DNA of 64,000 bases. Origin: Paraspadella gotoi (Eukaryota; Animalia; Chaetognatha). The stretch lies in NCBI GenBank assembly GCA_051294375.1, contig CM119269.1:21065665-21129664 (forward strand). The letters are read 5' to 3'. Positions 1 to 12,770 of the stretch are shown here, piece after piece; position 1 is the first letter of the stretch, and the number at the start of each line of letters is the position of its first letter. The translations under genes and the position numbers were made by a program. The notes under the pieces are model-generated. The model saw nothing but the letters and a program-made list of their open reading frames with translations. It ran no database searches and was not told where the DNA came from.

Positions 1-20
1 AGATAGAGAGGTAGATAGAT

Positions 21-51
<31 letters not shown>

Positions 52-275
52 TAATATAGATTAGAGATATAGATAGATGAGAGAGAGAAGTAGATAGTAG
101 AGAGATAGATAGAGAGAGAGAGAGATAGAGATAGATAGATAGAGAGAGATAGAGAGATATAGAGAGAGAGAGAGAAATTAGAGATAGATAGATAGATAGA
201 TAGAGACAGAGAGAGCATAGAGATAGATAGATAGAGAGATAGATAGATTGAGAGAGAGAGAGAAAAAGATAAGAA
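1..275. repeat. (AG)n/(AGAT)n compound microsatellite
   Basis: Continuous agag/atag repeats visible directly. Confidence 0.95.
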
Positions 276-289
276 AGAGGAGAGAATCA

Positions 290-505
290 TAAACCTTCGA
301 CCACGAAGAATCACAAGGACAATTACGGTTCTTCTGCTTCCGCGGGAGGCGAAGAGCTTGGACCATAAAAATATCCACGTAGGAGGACGATGACGAAGAA
401 AACGAAGATGACGACGATGATGACAGGAAGAAGACACAAAAGAAACGCTAACCTTGGTTTCCCTAGTTTAGTGCGTTCGAGAGCCCAAATGTCTTTAATT
501 CCCAT
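290..505 (-). CDS. Possible first exon of an unidentified type II membrane protein
   Basis: ORF 323-505 has a basic N-terminus then a long hydrophobic run (LAFLLCLLPVIIVVIFVFFVIVLL). After an apparent frameshift it continues NCPCDSSWSK to a possible GT donor near 294. No homology recognised. Confidence 0.25.
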
Positions 506-1726
506 CTCTTATCTCTCTCTCTTTTCTCTCTTTTCCACTATCTCTCTTTATGGGTCCAGTAGACGTAGAAAACATGATACAAAATTGCATCAAATCAAAT
601 TAAATTACTTCAAACTTCCGTCAATTTTCACGACCCAATAATTTATAAAACGACGGAAAAAATCTACGACAAAGACGTTCGCAGGAAAATGATCTTTTAA
701 CTTGAAAGCGTGTAGTTCAAAACACAACAGGACAGCTTTTTCCCTTCCATTAATTTTTTTTGTGGTAAAAAATATTTATTGAAAAACTAAATATATTAAA
801 CTGTAAAGGATGAATAAATAAAAGTAGGACGATCGCCGTGATTAACTAGCAATATATCATATATTTTTTCATCCTGTGAAGAGAGCGAGAAAGAAGGGAG
901 AGAAAAAGAGATTTCAAAAAAATACACTTTCGTCGTTGACAAAACCAATAATTTTTTTTAAATTGATCGGATTATCCATTATAAGTCTTTCAGTTTTTGT
1001 TCTTTTTCCTATCTATTTAATTTTCTCACTTCTCTTACATTTTTTATATTTTATTATATTATATTAAATATATTTTTATTATATTTTTTTTAACGGAGCT
1101 CTTTTGATAGATTTTTTTGGTCGCTTCATATTTTTTCCTTATGTTTTCTTATCTCTTCAAAGTAAATTTGTTTTTTTACTTTCTTTTTCGTTGGTTTAAA
1201 TTAAAACACGAGTATGATATTTTTTTCCAATAATTATTTTTTATTTATATTCCTTACTATTTTTTTATTAATATATAACATGCTCTCTCTCACGTGAATG
1301 TTTTTGAACCTTTCCTTGAGGCATTTTTAATTTTTGAACCCTCTTTACATTTTATACTAATTAGGACAAAAGGAAGGCGCGACGACCGCCGCAACAATAG
1401 AATAAAAAAACAAAAAATAAAACGAACACCAAAAGTGAAACGAAAGAATCGTCGCAGCATCGGAATAAAGAAACCGATTTTAAAAGCAATTTTTCTCTAC
1501 AAAAAAAAAAGAAAAAAAAAAAGAAAACTCCAAAAACCGTAAAAAATGGTTTTCTATTCTCGAGACGTGTTTTGAGGCGCGAAGGTTTCGTCGATCCCGC
1601 TACTCCTTATTTATCTTTACCTTTTAAGTATTCTTCTTCATTTTTTCTCCTCCTCTTCTCCTCCTCCCTTCCTCCTCAACCCCCATCCTGTCTTCCCTCC
1701 TTCTTCTCCTTGCACACGGGCGCGCA

Positions 1727-4700
1727 ATGTTTATCCCTTCCGGTGTCACGCAGTCGCCGATGCACGGTCTCCGACTCTGCCGCCGACGCCGAAGCTTGCG
1801 TGTAACCTCCTCTGCCAACGCCAGCCCTCCCACCGCCTGCTGCGTTTGCGACGTTGGACTCTACGGAACGGCGCCGCTTTGCTTCGAACGGGCGCGCCGC
1901 GCCGGGTGAGCGCAAAGTCCGCGGCGTCTCAACGGCGTCGATTCCGGCGCTCTCGACCCTTCATTTTCATACGTGGTGACGCGAGAGGCGCGCTGCCTAC
2001 ACGGCGCTCAGCCTCGTTCCTTGGTTAGCGTCGGTTTCCAGCTGCGCGGCGACGGCGTTCGCGCGTCATCGGTTGGCTTCTTCGCTGCGGGTTCCGGCGC
2101 CGCTTCTGAGTTCTCGAACGGCCTTTTTTCCCTCACTGGCGGCGTTTCTCGTACATCGCGCCAGAGGCCGTCTTCGAAGGCGGCGGTTTTTAAAATGACG
2201 CAGACTTTACCGGCGTCGACGTCTATGATCAACTCGCGTCGCCGTCGAACTAAGCGCGCTCTTCCACGCACCTCGCCGGCGCCAAAGATTCACCGCTGAC
2301 GATTACCGAGAAGGCATGGAGGGCGAACCGCGCCGGAACATTGGAGGGCGACGTCTCGGAGGTCGCTACAGGGTGGCGGCGCCGTGCATTGGGTAAGAGA
2401 GGTGGAACGGGTTATTTGATCGACTGACGGAGAAATACAGATCGTCCTAACTCTAAGCCCGGATGATGAAATTAAAGCTTAAACGTTGAAAAACTGTAAT
2501 ATCGTATTTTTACTTATTCTAAAGCTCCACAAGGTTTGCTCTTTTGTCATTAATCTTATTTGAGCCTCTTTTTCAATATCTTATATGTTTTAAATTAATT
2601 ATTCATGACTTACGGTTAAAGTAAAATTGAATAAAGAAAGAATTGTAACGATAAATTTTTAAGAATTCAATTTTATTTACAATTCTCCTCAGGTCGAAGT
2701 GGAATGAAACGATCCGAGTACGACGACATTGCGAGTTCTTTCCCGATGGAGACGATTTCGAGGGCGGTTGCCTTTGAAGTCGGCGGCACATTTTTCGTGG
2801 TTTTCGACGAACGAGAAGGAATCGTTCGATTCGCGTTGACCACACGGGCGAAGAAGCTGGAAAAGACGGTAACCTTACGAGTTATTTCTTCTTGGACTGA
2901 TAAGAGATTGAGATAGCAGATCGCTGTCCATTCGAGTTCATAACGTTTGACCTACATGTACATGATGCGCGACAGCGACGACCCTTGCGTCGACGTCGCC
3001 TGCGGACCGATGCCAGATGCGTCATCGAGGTCGACGGCGGCGTCGGCGTTTGTCGGTGGCAACGAAGGATTCGAGGGAGACGGAGAGGACGTGCCGACGA
3101 AAATTCCGCGGATTGTGAGGAACTCAGTGCGAACCGATCACGTCAGGGGTAGGGAAGGGGGAAGCAGTTGTCGTTGATGCTAAATGAACTGATAACCAAA
3201 CTCAACCCCCCTTCCTCTTTCTGTTCCCAGATGGTCCTTGATCCCGCTTCCGGCCGACCCGCCTGCGAGCTGCCTTCCGGTTATGCCCTCGAGTCGCGGT
3301 TTCCGAAAACGACCCCGGAGCGGTTAACGGAAACCGGCGTCAAAATTAATTGAAAAACGACGCCGCGAATGACGGAATCGGCGTCCGATAAAAACCGAAA
3401 CTGACGGTCGTTGGCCTCTGCGTTTAAGATCGTTTCCTGCTCCGCTTTGATCTGCCGGCCGCCGGCGCCGACTGCGTCGAGGACGCCGCTGGGACGAGGT
3501 GGAGGTGATGCTTTCGAGCGTCAAATGTTAATTTCTGACATTTCGTGTCATTATTTGGTTGCTTTTTCTTATTTATTGTTGTTTGGTATGAAATTTTGTA
3601 TGAAATTTGATACTTACGTATTTTCATGCTCTTCTTCTTTTTTTTTTTTAAACTGTCATTAAACTGACAGACTGTTCTTTTCCTTCCTCCCAGATGTCTC
3701 TGCCGACCTGGTTTCTTCGGCGACGGCCTTCGTCTGCCGCGCGTTTTGGCGTCGATGCGCCGACCTCCGGTGCACTGCCGACGCAGACTGCTACGACGCC
3801 ACCGATGCCGATGCGAGTGTCGGTGCAGTTGTTAACGAAACGTGTTTATTCATATTACATATTATTATCATATTACGTAAACTGTTTCTTTCACCTCTGG
3901 ATTTTCTTTATTTTTACATTTTGGCTAACAAAGTTTTTGATTTTATTTTTGCAACGAATTTTATTTTTCGTTGCAAAATTAAAATCAAAAACTTTGTTAA
4001 TCTCTCAAACAACGCAAAAAGAAAGGATAATTCCTAGGAATACATTTTTTTTCTTAAATTTTAACAAGAGAATAAGCACATTAACTTAAAGCACACAAAA
4101 GATATAAAGATAGGCCAAAAGGACAAAAATTCAGAAATTTTCTTCTCTCCTTCGCAGAGAGGGTTTCCTCGGCGACGGAAAATCTCAATGTCCGGCGAAT
4201 GACTTGCGAAGATCTCCTATGCCACGCCCGGACGCAGAGTGCATCGTTGCTGACTCCGACGTTCGTTCCGGAGTTGTCGCTGCCGGACGCGGGCTACGGG
4301 CGGGCGACGGATTCTTGTGTCGACGTTGAGGACGAACTGTTCCGTTGTCGAAGGCATTGTCACGTTGATGCCAGGTGCGTTTTTGTGGTGGATGGGAAAA
4401 TTGTACAATATTATTGTTAGTGGGGTGCGAAATGGAATCTTTTCTTGGAATGGTGATAGAGGTGCCAGAAGGTAGTGATTAAGAATCTTAAAAAGGGCGA
4501 TAAAACTAGAGATATGATAATTTATGTTTTGCATTAAAATTAAATTCCTACACCCCCACATAACAACGATGTGTCTATTGATCCACTCTCCGGCCGCTAC
4601 GCCTGCCGCCTGCAAACCCGCTGGTTCGAAGGAGATGGACGACGCTGCATTCGTGCTCCAACGACGGCCTCTCCTGTGACGTGGCGCGGGATTGTCACGC

Positions 4701-4760
4701 CAAGCCAAGTGCGTCCGTTCGACGACGGGACCGGGAATGTTGTCTGTCGGCTGGACGAAG
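1727..4760 (+). CDS. NID: Nidogen/entactin-like gene (EGF, G2F beta-barrel, further EGF repeats); multi-exon, heavily frameshifted
   Basis: Stitching frames gives CCVCDVGLYGNG..GAPRRVSAK (nidogen EGF1-G2 junction, cf. CCSCVAGYTGNGRQC..PQRVNGKV), D-x-x-SYVVTREARAYTALS, NG.FSLTGG, FVVFDEREGIVRFALTT (G2F end), then EGF units (DDPCVDVACGP..GFEGDG; CHVDARC; GRYACRC..GFEGDGRRC). GT/AG junctions near 2692, 3230, 3693, 4157, 4375, 4760. Confidence 0.75.
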
Positions 4761-5599
4761 GTGAGGGGTTGATGGGATTGCCGAATAAATTAGTAGGGTT
4801 ATGACGACAGGATCAATTTGATGTGGGTCGTTGTGGATGGTGCGTCATTAAGGGAAATGACAAAATGAAAACGTTAGGTACTTTATGGTATGATATGACT
4901 ATTTTGAGTGGAGCTCTTGAGAACAAAAAATTGATTTGAGTCAATTAACAATAATAATTTTATGTGAGATAGTCATGATTAATCGAGTACAAAAAGTATT
5001 TTGTTCATATTGTGTCGGCGAACAGAAAAGCAAATACAATATATTATCTTTTAGAGATGGAAACGAAAAAAAATTCGTTTGTAATAGCAATTTTATTTCT
5101 TATTAATAGTAACATGTTTCGATCTTAGTTTTTTGCGAGTCTCTCAGCAAGCTGAATTCAATAGACCAATAATTTTTAACATTAGTTTGAGAGAGAGAGA
5201 GAAAGAGAAAGATGAGCAGAGTTTTCAACAAAGAATTGAGCAAGGATAGTGGTCAGATGTGAGGAACAGGTGAAAAGTAGGGAAAGAGAAGTAAATGATT
5301 TTTGAAATTGGTGAAAAGAAAGAGAGGAGGAGAACGAGAGAGACACAGGGATCAATACATTAGGCCAATGTACAACAGTGAAAAATTTTTTAGAAAAACT
5401 AAAATATTTTAACAAAAGTAATAATAAATTAATTGTTAGCTGATGGCATTTGTTAGTAAGAGAAAATGAAATAGAAGAATAAGTGATTGAGGGCATAGAT
5501 AAGTTAAAGAAAGTGAAATAGTTAAGGTAAGAAAAAGAGCTCAAAAATGAGCTGCCCCCCCCCCAGCCGCGGCAAATGTGGGACGTTAACGATGTCAGT

Positions 5600-6530
5600 C
5601 GGAGTCATTGGCCTGTCATAGGCTGAATGATTATTTGTGGTGGAATGGGACAGGGCTGGATCTTCGGTATGATCCGGTGGAAAAATGCCCTAGTTGCCAC
5701 TCGAATATCTCTTCTGACCTGATTAGGCCTGCCGAAGGCCTCCTCTCACCTGACGGGTGAGGTGGGCGATTGCCTGTTCGGGCCTTTTGGGGACAGTTGA
5801 TACCAGGACTCCTCTCCCTCCTCTTGTAGCTGTCGTTTTGGGCGACGCTCAGCACGAGAAGAGTCGCGCAAGTTGCCTGCAGCTCGGTTGAGCATCGGAC
5901 GTCCATGGCTGCTGCAGAGGCCTTCCGCCTGACCCGTTGAGTGAGGACAGGGATCACCCTGCGGCTGAGGTGGCGTGTTGGGTGCTCCACCACAGTTTTG
6001 ATAAGCGAATCATAGCTTGGAGGGAGTTCAAATCGTCCTCCATCAAACGGTTCAAAGAGGGTTTCGAGTGCCTTGATTGTAATTGCCTCTCTAATACCTC
6101 TTGAGAACCAGTTTTGGTCATGCGGACAGCATGAGCAGTCTTCTTCTCTGAACAGATGTCCCGTTAGTTGTTGCGTTGTTCTCAAACTGCGACAGGATAG
6201 TGCCTCTAGAGTCGCGATAGGGCTTGATTATGTTGTTGGAACCTATCTGATAGAGACTTCCTGTCTCGCCCACGTTTGCTTGCTGTGCAGGTTTGGTTGC
6301 CCGCTCTGCACAGGCCGCCCAATAGCGGCTCCTTGATGTTTTCGGTCTCGGGATTTTGTCTTTCGCGTTTCACCAATTGCTCACGTAAAGATTCCGCGGG
6401 TCGTCACTGAACTGGAGATCCCCTGCTTTGTACCAGCACCCGCACCATGATTTCCAGTGATCCCTGGTGGTAGGGGAGGGACAAGTGACCCACGTTCTTG
6501 AGACGCTTCTCTGTTCTATCTCCCACTTGC
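5600..6530 (-). mobile_element. Degenerate Penelope-like retroelement fragment (RT C-terminus/GIY-YIG endonuclease region)
   Basis: ORF 5631-6185 HLFREEDC..DQNWFSRGIREAITIK..GGRFELPPSY resembles the Penelope GIY-YIG tail (H.F....ILD.E..WF.RGVKEAIYI.....LNRDGG...L...Y). Upstream frames contain KDKIP and GET motifs. Confidence 0.7.
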
Positions 6531-7159
6531 GCTGTTGGTGGGATCTCTCTCTTTCACTCTTCAGTTTTCCTTCTTCTCCATTTTCAGCCTCGTTTACTTT
6601 CAATTTATTTTTCCTCATCTTCAAACTTTTTTCCCTTTTTCTAGGTTTTCCTGTTTTTGCCACTTTCCATTCGTTTTGCCCAGTACTATTTAACACATTT
6701 ATAAAATTGAGAGTATTCCCTTTCTCTTTTGTCATAACTTTTAATATTTTCTGATATTTTGTAACGCCTACTACATCGTTTTTTTTTATTTTGCTTTTTC
6801 CCTTGCTTGTGCATTGTGCAACTTACCCTTCATTTTGCGCTTTTGCCAGTTTCTTCTATTTTGGTCATTTGTTCCTCTTTCCGTTCTTTCCCACTTTTCA
6901 TTATTTTAATATGTGGGGAAAAATTCATTCCGATGCCAGTTTTTTCTTTAAGGTCACCCACAATGTCGATGTCGAACGTATCACTTCGTAATTTCGTTTG
7001 TCCGTCGGTCTGTTAATAATATAAACTTGATATGCCGCGTGCAAGGAACCCTCGACGCATTAAATAAAGTTTGTGAATATTCTATCCTACGTCTTTCTTT
7101 TTTTTTTAGTTAGAAGTGTTCATTTTTCAAATATTTTATCTGCGATGAATCCCAATGAC

Positions 7160-7178
7160 CGATATTTTTTTTGGTTTG

Positions 7179-7224
<46 letters not shown>

Positions 7225-7232
7225 CGTATTCT

Positions 7233-7292
<60 letters not shown>

Positions 7293-7320
7293 TTTCCTTC
7301 TTTCAATCTCTTTCTCTTTT
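7160..7320. repeat. (CT)n microsatellite
   Basis: Direct observation. Confidence 0.95.
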
Positions 7321-8013
7321 TTTTGGTTTCTTATACTAAGAATAAAGAAAAGAATAAATAGGAAAAACAAGTAAAAATAAGGGGAGGAAAAAAAAAGAGA
7401 GTCTTTCGTACTATTTCTGTCACAAAGAGAGACGGACTGACAGAAAAACATGAAATTTAAAAAATAAAAAAGTTTAACCGCGCTTTTCTTCCTAAGAAAA
7501 TATTATATTTTCATCCAAATTTTCAGTCTTTTTTTCATCTTGATATCCCTGTTATACTTATAGTCGTATAGAGCGACCTTTTAGCTATTATTAAATTTAT
7601 AATTAAATAGATTTTAAAATCATTTAAAGCAAATTGTGAAAGAAATGATTATTTAATAATTATACAATCACCAACAAAAAAGAAAAGACTTATTTTTAAC
7701 AAATAATTAATAATGAAATGCAAATTTAAAAGATAACCGCAACTCTGAGCGCTCGCTCGACTCTTTTTTTTTTTTTTTTTTTTTTGCAAGGCGTCGGTTT
7801 TGACTTAAAGTTTTGTTTTGTTTTCGTCGCCAGAAAATCCGTCGCTAAATTTAGGGGAAAAACAGAGAAGGTTTTTTTAGGCAGATCTGAAGTTTACTCT
7901 CCTTCCCTATTTCGTTTCCTCTTTCCTCTCTTCCTCTCCTTTTTCCTTCAATCCTGTTTACCCACACCCAAGCCTTTATTTCATTTCTGTTATTTTCTCT
8001 CTTTCTATATATA

Positions 8014-8579
8014 CAGTTCTGTGCAAAAAAAAAGAGGACACTCTTCAAACATTAAGTAGCGCTCATTTTACAAAAAAATATTTATGAATGATAAGTGATA
8101 TATTTTGAAATGGGAAATCCATAGGTGTAAGTTAAAAGAAAATCGGTCTAAGCGTTCAAGAGCTATAGCTCCCAAAATATAAAATTTGTCATTTTTTTTG
8201 CTTCAAAAAAACTATTTTTAAAGATCTGCCAAAAACCAAAAATACTTTTTAACCTTAATTTAAGGGCATTGTATTTATGTTTTTTTTTTTTAAATTATGG
8301 ATGGGAAATTAAGACTTTTCAAAAAAGATATCATATGTATAACTTATGTCAGAGTTATAGAACCTTAAACACCAGAGGTTGAAAAATTTTGTTTGAGTAC
8401 TTAGTAGTTGTAGTAGTAGTTGTTACTTTTAAAAAATCACTGCTTCGTAACGGATAGCCATGGATTAACCAAATTTACTCAAATAGTTCCTTTTTTGATA
8501 AATATTATTTTAAAGGAATCTAACTTGATTTATTTTCATAATGTTTTTGGGTGTCCTCTTTTTTTTTTGCACAGGACTG
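8014..8579. mobile_element. Tc1/mariner-type MITE with ~28-bp TIRs and TA target duplication
   Basis: TA|CAGTTCTGTGCAAAAAAAAAGAGGACAC ... GTGTCCTCTTTTTTTTTTGCACAGGACTG|TA; AT-rich non-coding interior. Confidence 0.8.
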
Positions 8580-8609
8580 TATATTAGTTTTATAACATTA
8601 ATTTTATGT

Positions 8610-8925
8610 TCCTTTCTTTTATTCTCTCTCTCTCTCTCTCTCTCTCTATTTTTCCTCTTCTCTCTCTCTTTTTTTTCTTTCTTGCTTTCGCGCTTTTTTT
8701 TCCTGTTTTCTCTCTCTCTCTCTTTCTCTCCACATCCTCTTCTCTCATCTTCTCTCTTTCTCTTCTCCTCTCTTCTCCTCTTTCACCTCTCTCACCACTC
8801 TCTTACCTCTCTCTCTCCCTTTCTCTCTCTCTCTTTCACCTCTCTCACCACTCTCTTACCTCTCTCTCACCTCTCTCTCTCCCTTTCTCTCTCTCTCTTT
8901 TCTCTCTCTCTCTCTCGCTCTTTCA
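8610..8925. repeat. CT-rich low-complexity tract
   Basis: Direct observation. Confidence 0.9.
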
Positions 8926-8988
8926 AAGAGTAATTAGTCCCTAGATTTTTCATCGACTTTTCTCTCGTCAAAAACAGAGACAGAGATA

Positions 8989-9281
8989 CAGGGTGACAAT
9001 TTTAAACCCGCCGGTAAAAAAAACAATACTTATTTTATAAATTTTGAAAATAAGTTTAGTAAAAAATAATAAAATCATTTATGTGTATAAGTTTCATATT
9101 TATCAGTTAAGAATAAGATATGCCTTGATAATGAGTGAAAAAAGTGGGATTTAAAAAAGTTGTTTCATTTTCCAACTCTCTGGTTTTAATTTTTTTTTTT
9201 TTTTTTACTTAACATTAAAAATTATTTACAGGTTGGCAATTGGCAGCATTTTTTAGCGGCGGGTTTCAAATTGTCACCATG
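8989..9281. mobile_element. Tc1/mariner-type MITE (CAGGGTG termini, TA TSD)
   Basis: TA|CAGGGTGACAATTTTAAACCCGCCGGTAAAAAA ... TTTTTTAGCGGCGGGTTTCAAATTGTCACCATG|TA. Confidence 0.8.
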
Positions 9282-11539
9282 TAGCCTTGGATGCCATTGG
9301 GAATCAAAATGGCGTAAAAATAAATCGACGACTGAACGTAAATAAATATGAAAATCGCTGAGGTCAAAAGGTGGTTAAAAGGGCTTGTGACAAACTCAAT
9401 AAATAAAACAGAGAGCGTTAAAATTTAATAGTATATACAAATATAAATAAAATTCTAATTAAAAAAGTATTTTAACAATTGAGACTTGTTTTATGGCCTT
9501 CAGACTCCTCGCTTCCCTTTTCCATCGAAAACAGAGGCTGTTTCACCGATATGGTTTGCTCATACGAAGAAAGTTGCAAAAAGCTTTAAAGATGCTTAAC
9601 TTAAAACAATGTGGAGACTAGACAGAATAGCTAACGAGAAACGATGTTGCCCATAGTTGCCCATGTTGCCATACTAAAATCCCACAAATATTGCTGATTC
9701 AAATTAAGCTCTAAGAAAACCCGTGAAGCGCCGACCAGCATTAACAGAGAAAGTTTTATTTATTTTTTTTAAACAAGAACCATAGTTCCAATGTATTGTA
9801 CCACAGTAACTTTGGCTTTGGCCGCAGATCCCGTGGCTACATTACTATAAAATATATAGGTAACAAACGTCCTTTGGCTATGGTTCGACATGCACTGCAT
9901 CAGAACTCCATCTTTTATTCCTTATAAGTTTTATAACTTGTTTAAAAATAAAAGGTATCGATAGCAGTCGCTTAGTCTTAGATTAGATTAGATTAGAGGT
10001 TATTTCGGTGTCAGCTACTTTAACAAAAGAGCAACCAAATTTAAAGCCGCTTTAAATTTTGAGTCATTTGAACTCTTTTTAAGGTGATTACACTTAGTGG
10101 GAAGTTAAATTTAAAGCTGTTATAGTCTCTTATTTTCAATCATCTATCATCGATCATTTATAAAAAAGCCAAAATGTTTTTTCTCTACCGGAACTTGGGA
10201 CGGGATTTAATTTTAAATTAATTTTTTTTTTCTTGGGGCCGAACGCCCCGAGGACCCGGACTCGATCGATCGGCTTAGAGTAGGCGTCATGAGTTTTTAA
10301 GGAAATCGACTACGTCAAGGCGACTGGCAAAGTCAAGGAAATCGAATCGAAGGAAATCTCCTCGGAAAAATAGTTCAAATCTCGGTGGAATCAAAAAAGT
10401 TTGACTTTTAAAAATCTGTCGACATCGTTTCATGAGTTGTCGTCGTCGTCGTCATCGTTATATTGTCATCTTTAAATTTGTTTTTAAATTTTTGTGGCTT
10501 CTGGAGATGGAGATAATATATAAGTCAGGAGACTAAAGTTTAACGTCTTCTTCGAAGCGAAGCTGACTACGCCCTCACTAATTTCTTTGTTCATGGAGTT
10601 GCACTCGTTTATTTTGAATCTTGATTGTAGTGACGTTTGTACAGTCGAGGTCTTTCAATTATGTAATTTTATTGTCATTTTTGTTTTACTAACCTTTAGT
10701 TTATTAAGTTCTTTTTATTATTTTGAGTTTAAATTAGGAATATGAAGATCATCGCCATCGGTAGATTTGTGTAGGGCGGTCTACAGGCTCGTTCAACAAA
10801 TCGCCCATCAGCCATCACCCCACTCAAACAAAATCAACTTTTATTTTCGCAATGTCCGTTTATCTCTTGTTATTATTACGATTGCTATTGTTATATTTAC
10901 TTGCTTATAACATATATTGTATATTTTATTATTGGTATTAGTGTTGTTTATTATTATTATTATTGTTATTATTATTATTGTTATTCTATCTATTATGACC
11001 TTTCACTTTGTCGGGTGTAGATTTGAAAACGTCATCGTTATCTTCATCTTTATTGTCATCGCTTTCATCATTGGAGTTCCGCGCTCAACGTCTCAAATTC
11101 TTCCTAAATCCGTCAACTCGGATTCATTTACAGCTCATGTGACCGAAAGTGAATCGACGCAATCGAATTTTTTTTTTCGTCCCTCTTAATTTGATCCACG
11201 CTAATCGATGACATCGAACTTTCGTTTTTGTTTCTTACTGCTCTCTTTCTTTCTTTCTTCCTTGCTTTCTTTCTTGTTTTCTTTCTTGCTTTCTTTCTTG
11301 CTTTCTTTCCGTTGTATTTTTCTGTGTATTTTATCATAACTCCTCTTTTGCCTCTATCTTCTATTTCAATAACTTTCCATTCCTCCGCAAATCCGTTTCT
11401 TTCTCTCTACCCTTCCTCCTCTTCCTCCTCTTCCTCCTCTCTCTTCTCTACCAATCGCTAAACTTTAAAGATGACTGCGACACTGAAGTGCGTTTAAATT
11501 TTACTGAGGGCTAATATAATTATATATAATTTTCATACA

Positions 11540-11680
11540 ATTGAAAGGGCTGCTATGTCATTATCTTGTACGAGTGATGGAGGCCTTAAACCACCAAAGC
11601 CTGTCCAAAGTTAGGGGTAAGATAGCTTACTTATTAAATAAATGGATAATTTTTATATTGGTTGTACCAATTTCATATAT
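11540..11680 (-). mobile_element. Copy of dispersed repeat (putative CR1-like LINE 3' tail)
   Basis: Reverse complement of AATTGGTACAACCAATATAAAAATTATCCATTCATTTAATAAATAAGCTATCTT..GGACAGGCTTTGGTGGTTTAAGGCCTCCATCAC, also at ~43625, 54700, 60300 and 62660. Confidence 0.7.
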
Positions 11681-12539
11681 TGTTTAGTTATTATACGTTA
11701 TAGGTTTAAAGATATAAGCTGATACTGTTAGTGAAAATTCTTTTCAGCTCTCTCTCTCAATTATTCCTCTTATCCTTGGACTTCTTTCTCTCATTTGCTT
11801 GACCTAATTCTTACTACAACTATTTTTTTTCTTTAGTTTCTGCTTTGTTTCCTTGTAAGAACCTTTGAAACTCTCGTCAATCTTCATCCTCATCCCCTAC
11901 CCTTAGTTTCTTCTCTTTCTCCATTATACTAGCTTTTTTCTATTTCCCATCAGGTACTACTTTCATCCCTTCGCATGTTGCTTTTACCTCTCTTTTTCCC
12001 TTTCTTTCATTCTATTTTCCCTTCTCCTACGTTTCACCATCTCTACACCTTCCCTCTTCTTACCCCGGGACTCCTCATTGACGCCTTTGTCTTCGTCGCG
12101 GAGATTGCAATCAGTTCAACCGTCGTCGTCGTCGTCACCGCTTAACCGCGAAGATTGAAAAAAGTGAAAACGAGTGCGACTTCTAAAAAGGAGCGGGGGC
12201 GTCACTTGGGTGAGTCCATTGAGTGTATGTGTTTGTGTGTTTTTAGCTTTTGTTTTTTGTTTTTTTTTTATTTCTTTTACGAAGTTGTGCTCATTAAATG
12301 GGAAAAGATATATCTCGCTCTGCCAATGATAACGAAATTTGTTTAAGTAGGAAAAAGGGAGAGTATAAGAGCCTGATCAAAAAGATGGTCGAGTTTCCAA
12401 CTTCGAAAGAAAGGCTCCATACATAAGTCACTTAAGTGTTCTTTCCTCCTATGTTTTCCTATTCCTTTTTTGGCCTTATTTTCCCAGAAAGCCCCATTTT
12501 ATCTTACATTTGGATTTAGGTAAATTTTTTGAATTAAAG

Positions 12540-12770
12540 AAAAGGTTAAAAGTTAGGGTTAGGGATTAAGTTAGGGATTCGGTTTAGTGATTAAAGTTTA
12601 AGGGACTTTGGTTTGTGATTAAGGTTAGGGATTTCGGTTAGGGACTAGCATGTAGAGGTAATGATTACAATTAGAAATAAAAACAAAAATTAGGGTTTAA
12701 GATTAAATTAAAGATTAAGGTTAAGTACTATGGTTACTTGGTTAGGGATTTGGTTTAAAATATGTTAATA
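12540..12770 (+). repeat. Degenerate (TTAGGG)n-like tract
   Basis: gttagggttagggattaagttagggatt...; similar tracts at ~13200-13275 and ~47080-47210. Confidence 0.6.

Noticed and set aside
5575-5620. Hammerhead ribozyme at the Penelope 3' end
   Set aside because: Only a degenerate resemblance on the minus strand; the CUGANGA and GAAA cores are not intact.
7073-8944. Long SLSL/ERER ORFs here and at 36741-37469, 38639-39636, 40699-42299 and 46870-47070
   Set aside because: Translations of (CT)n/(GA)n microsatellites, not proteins.
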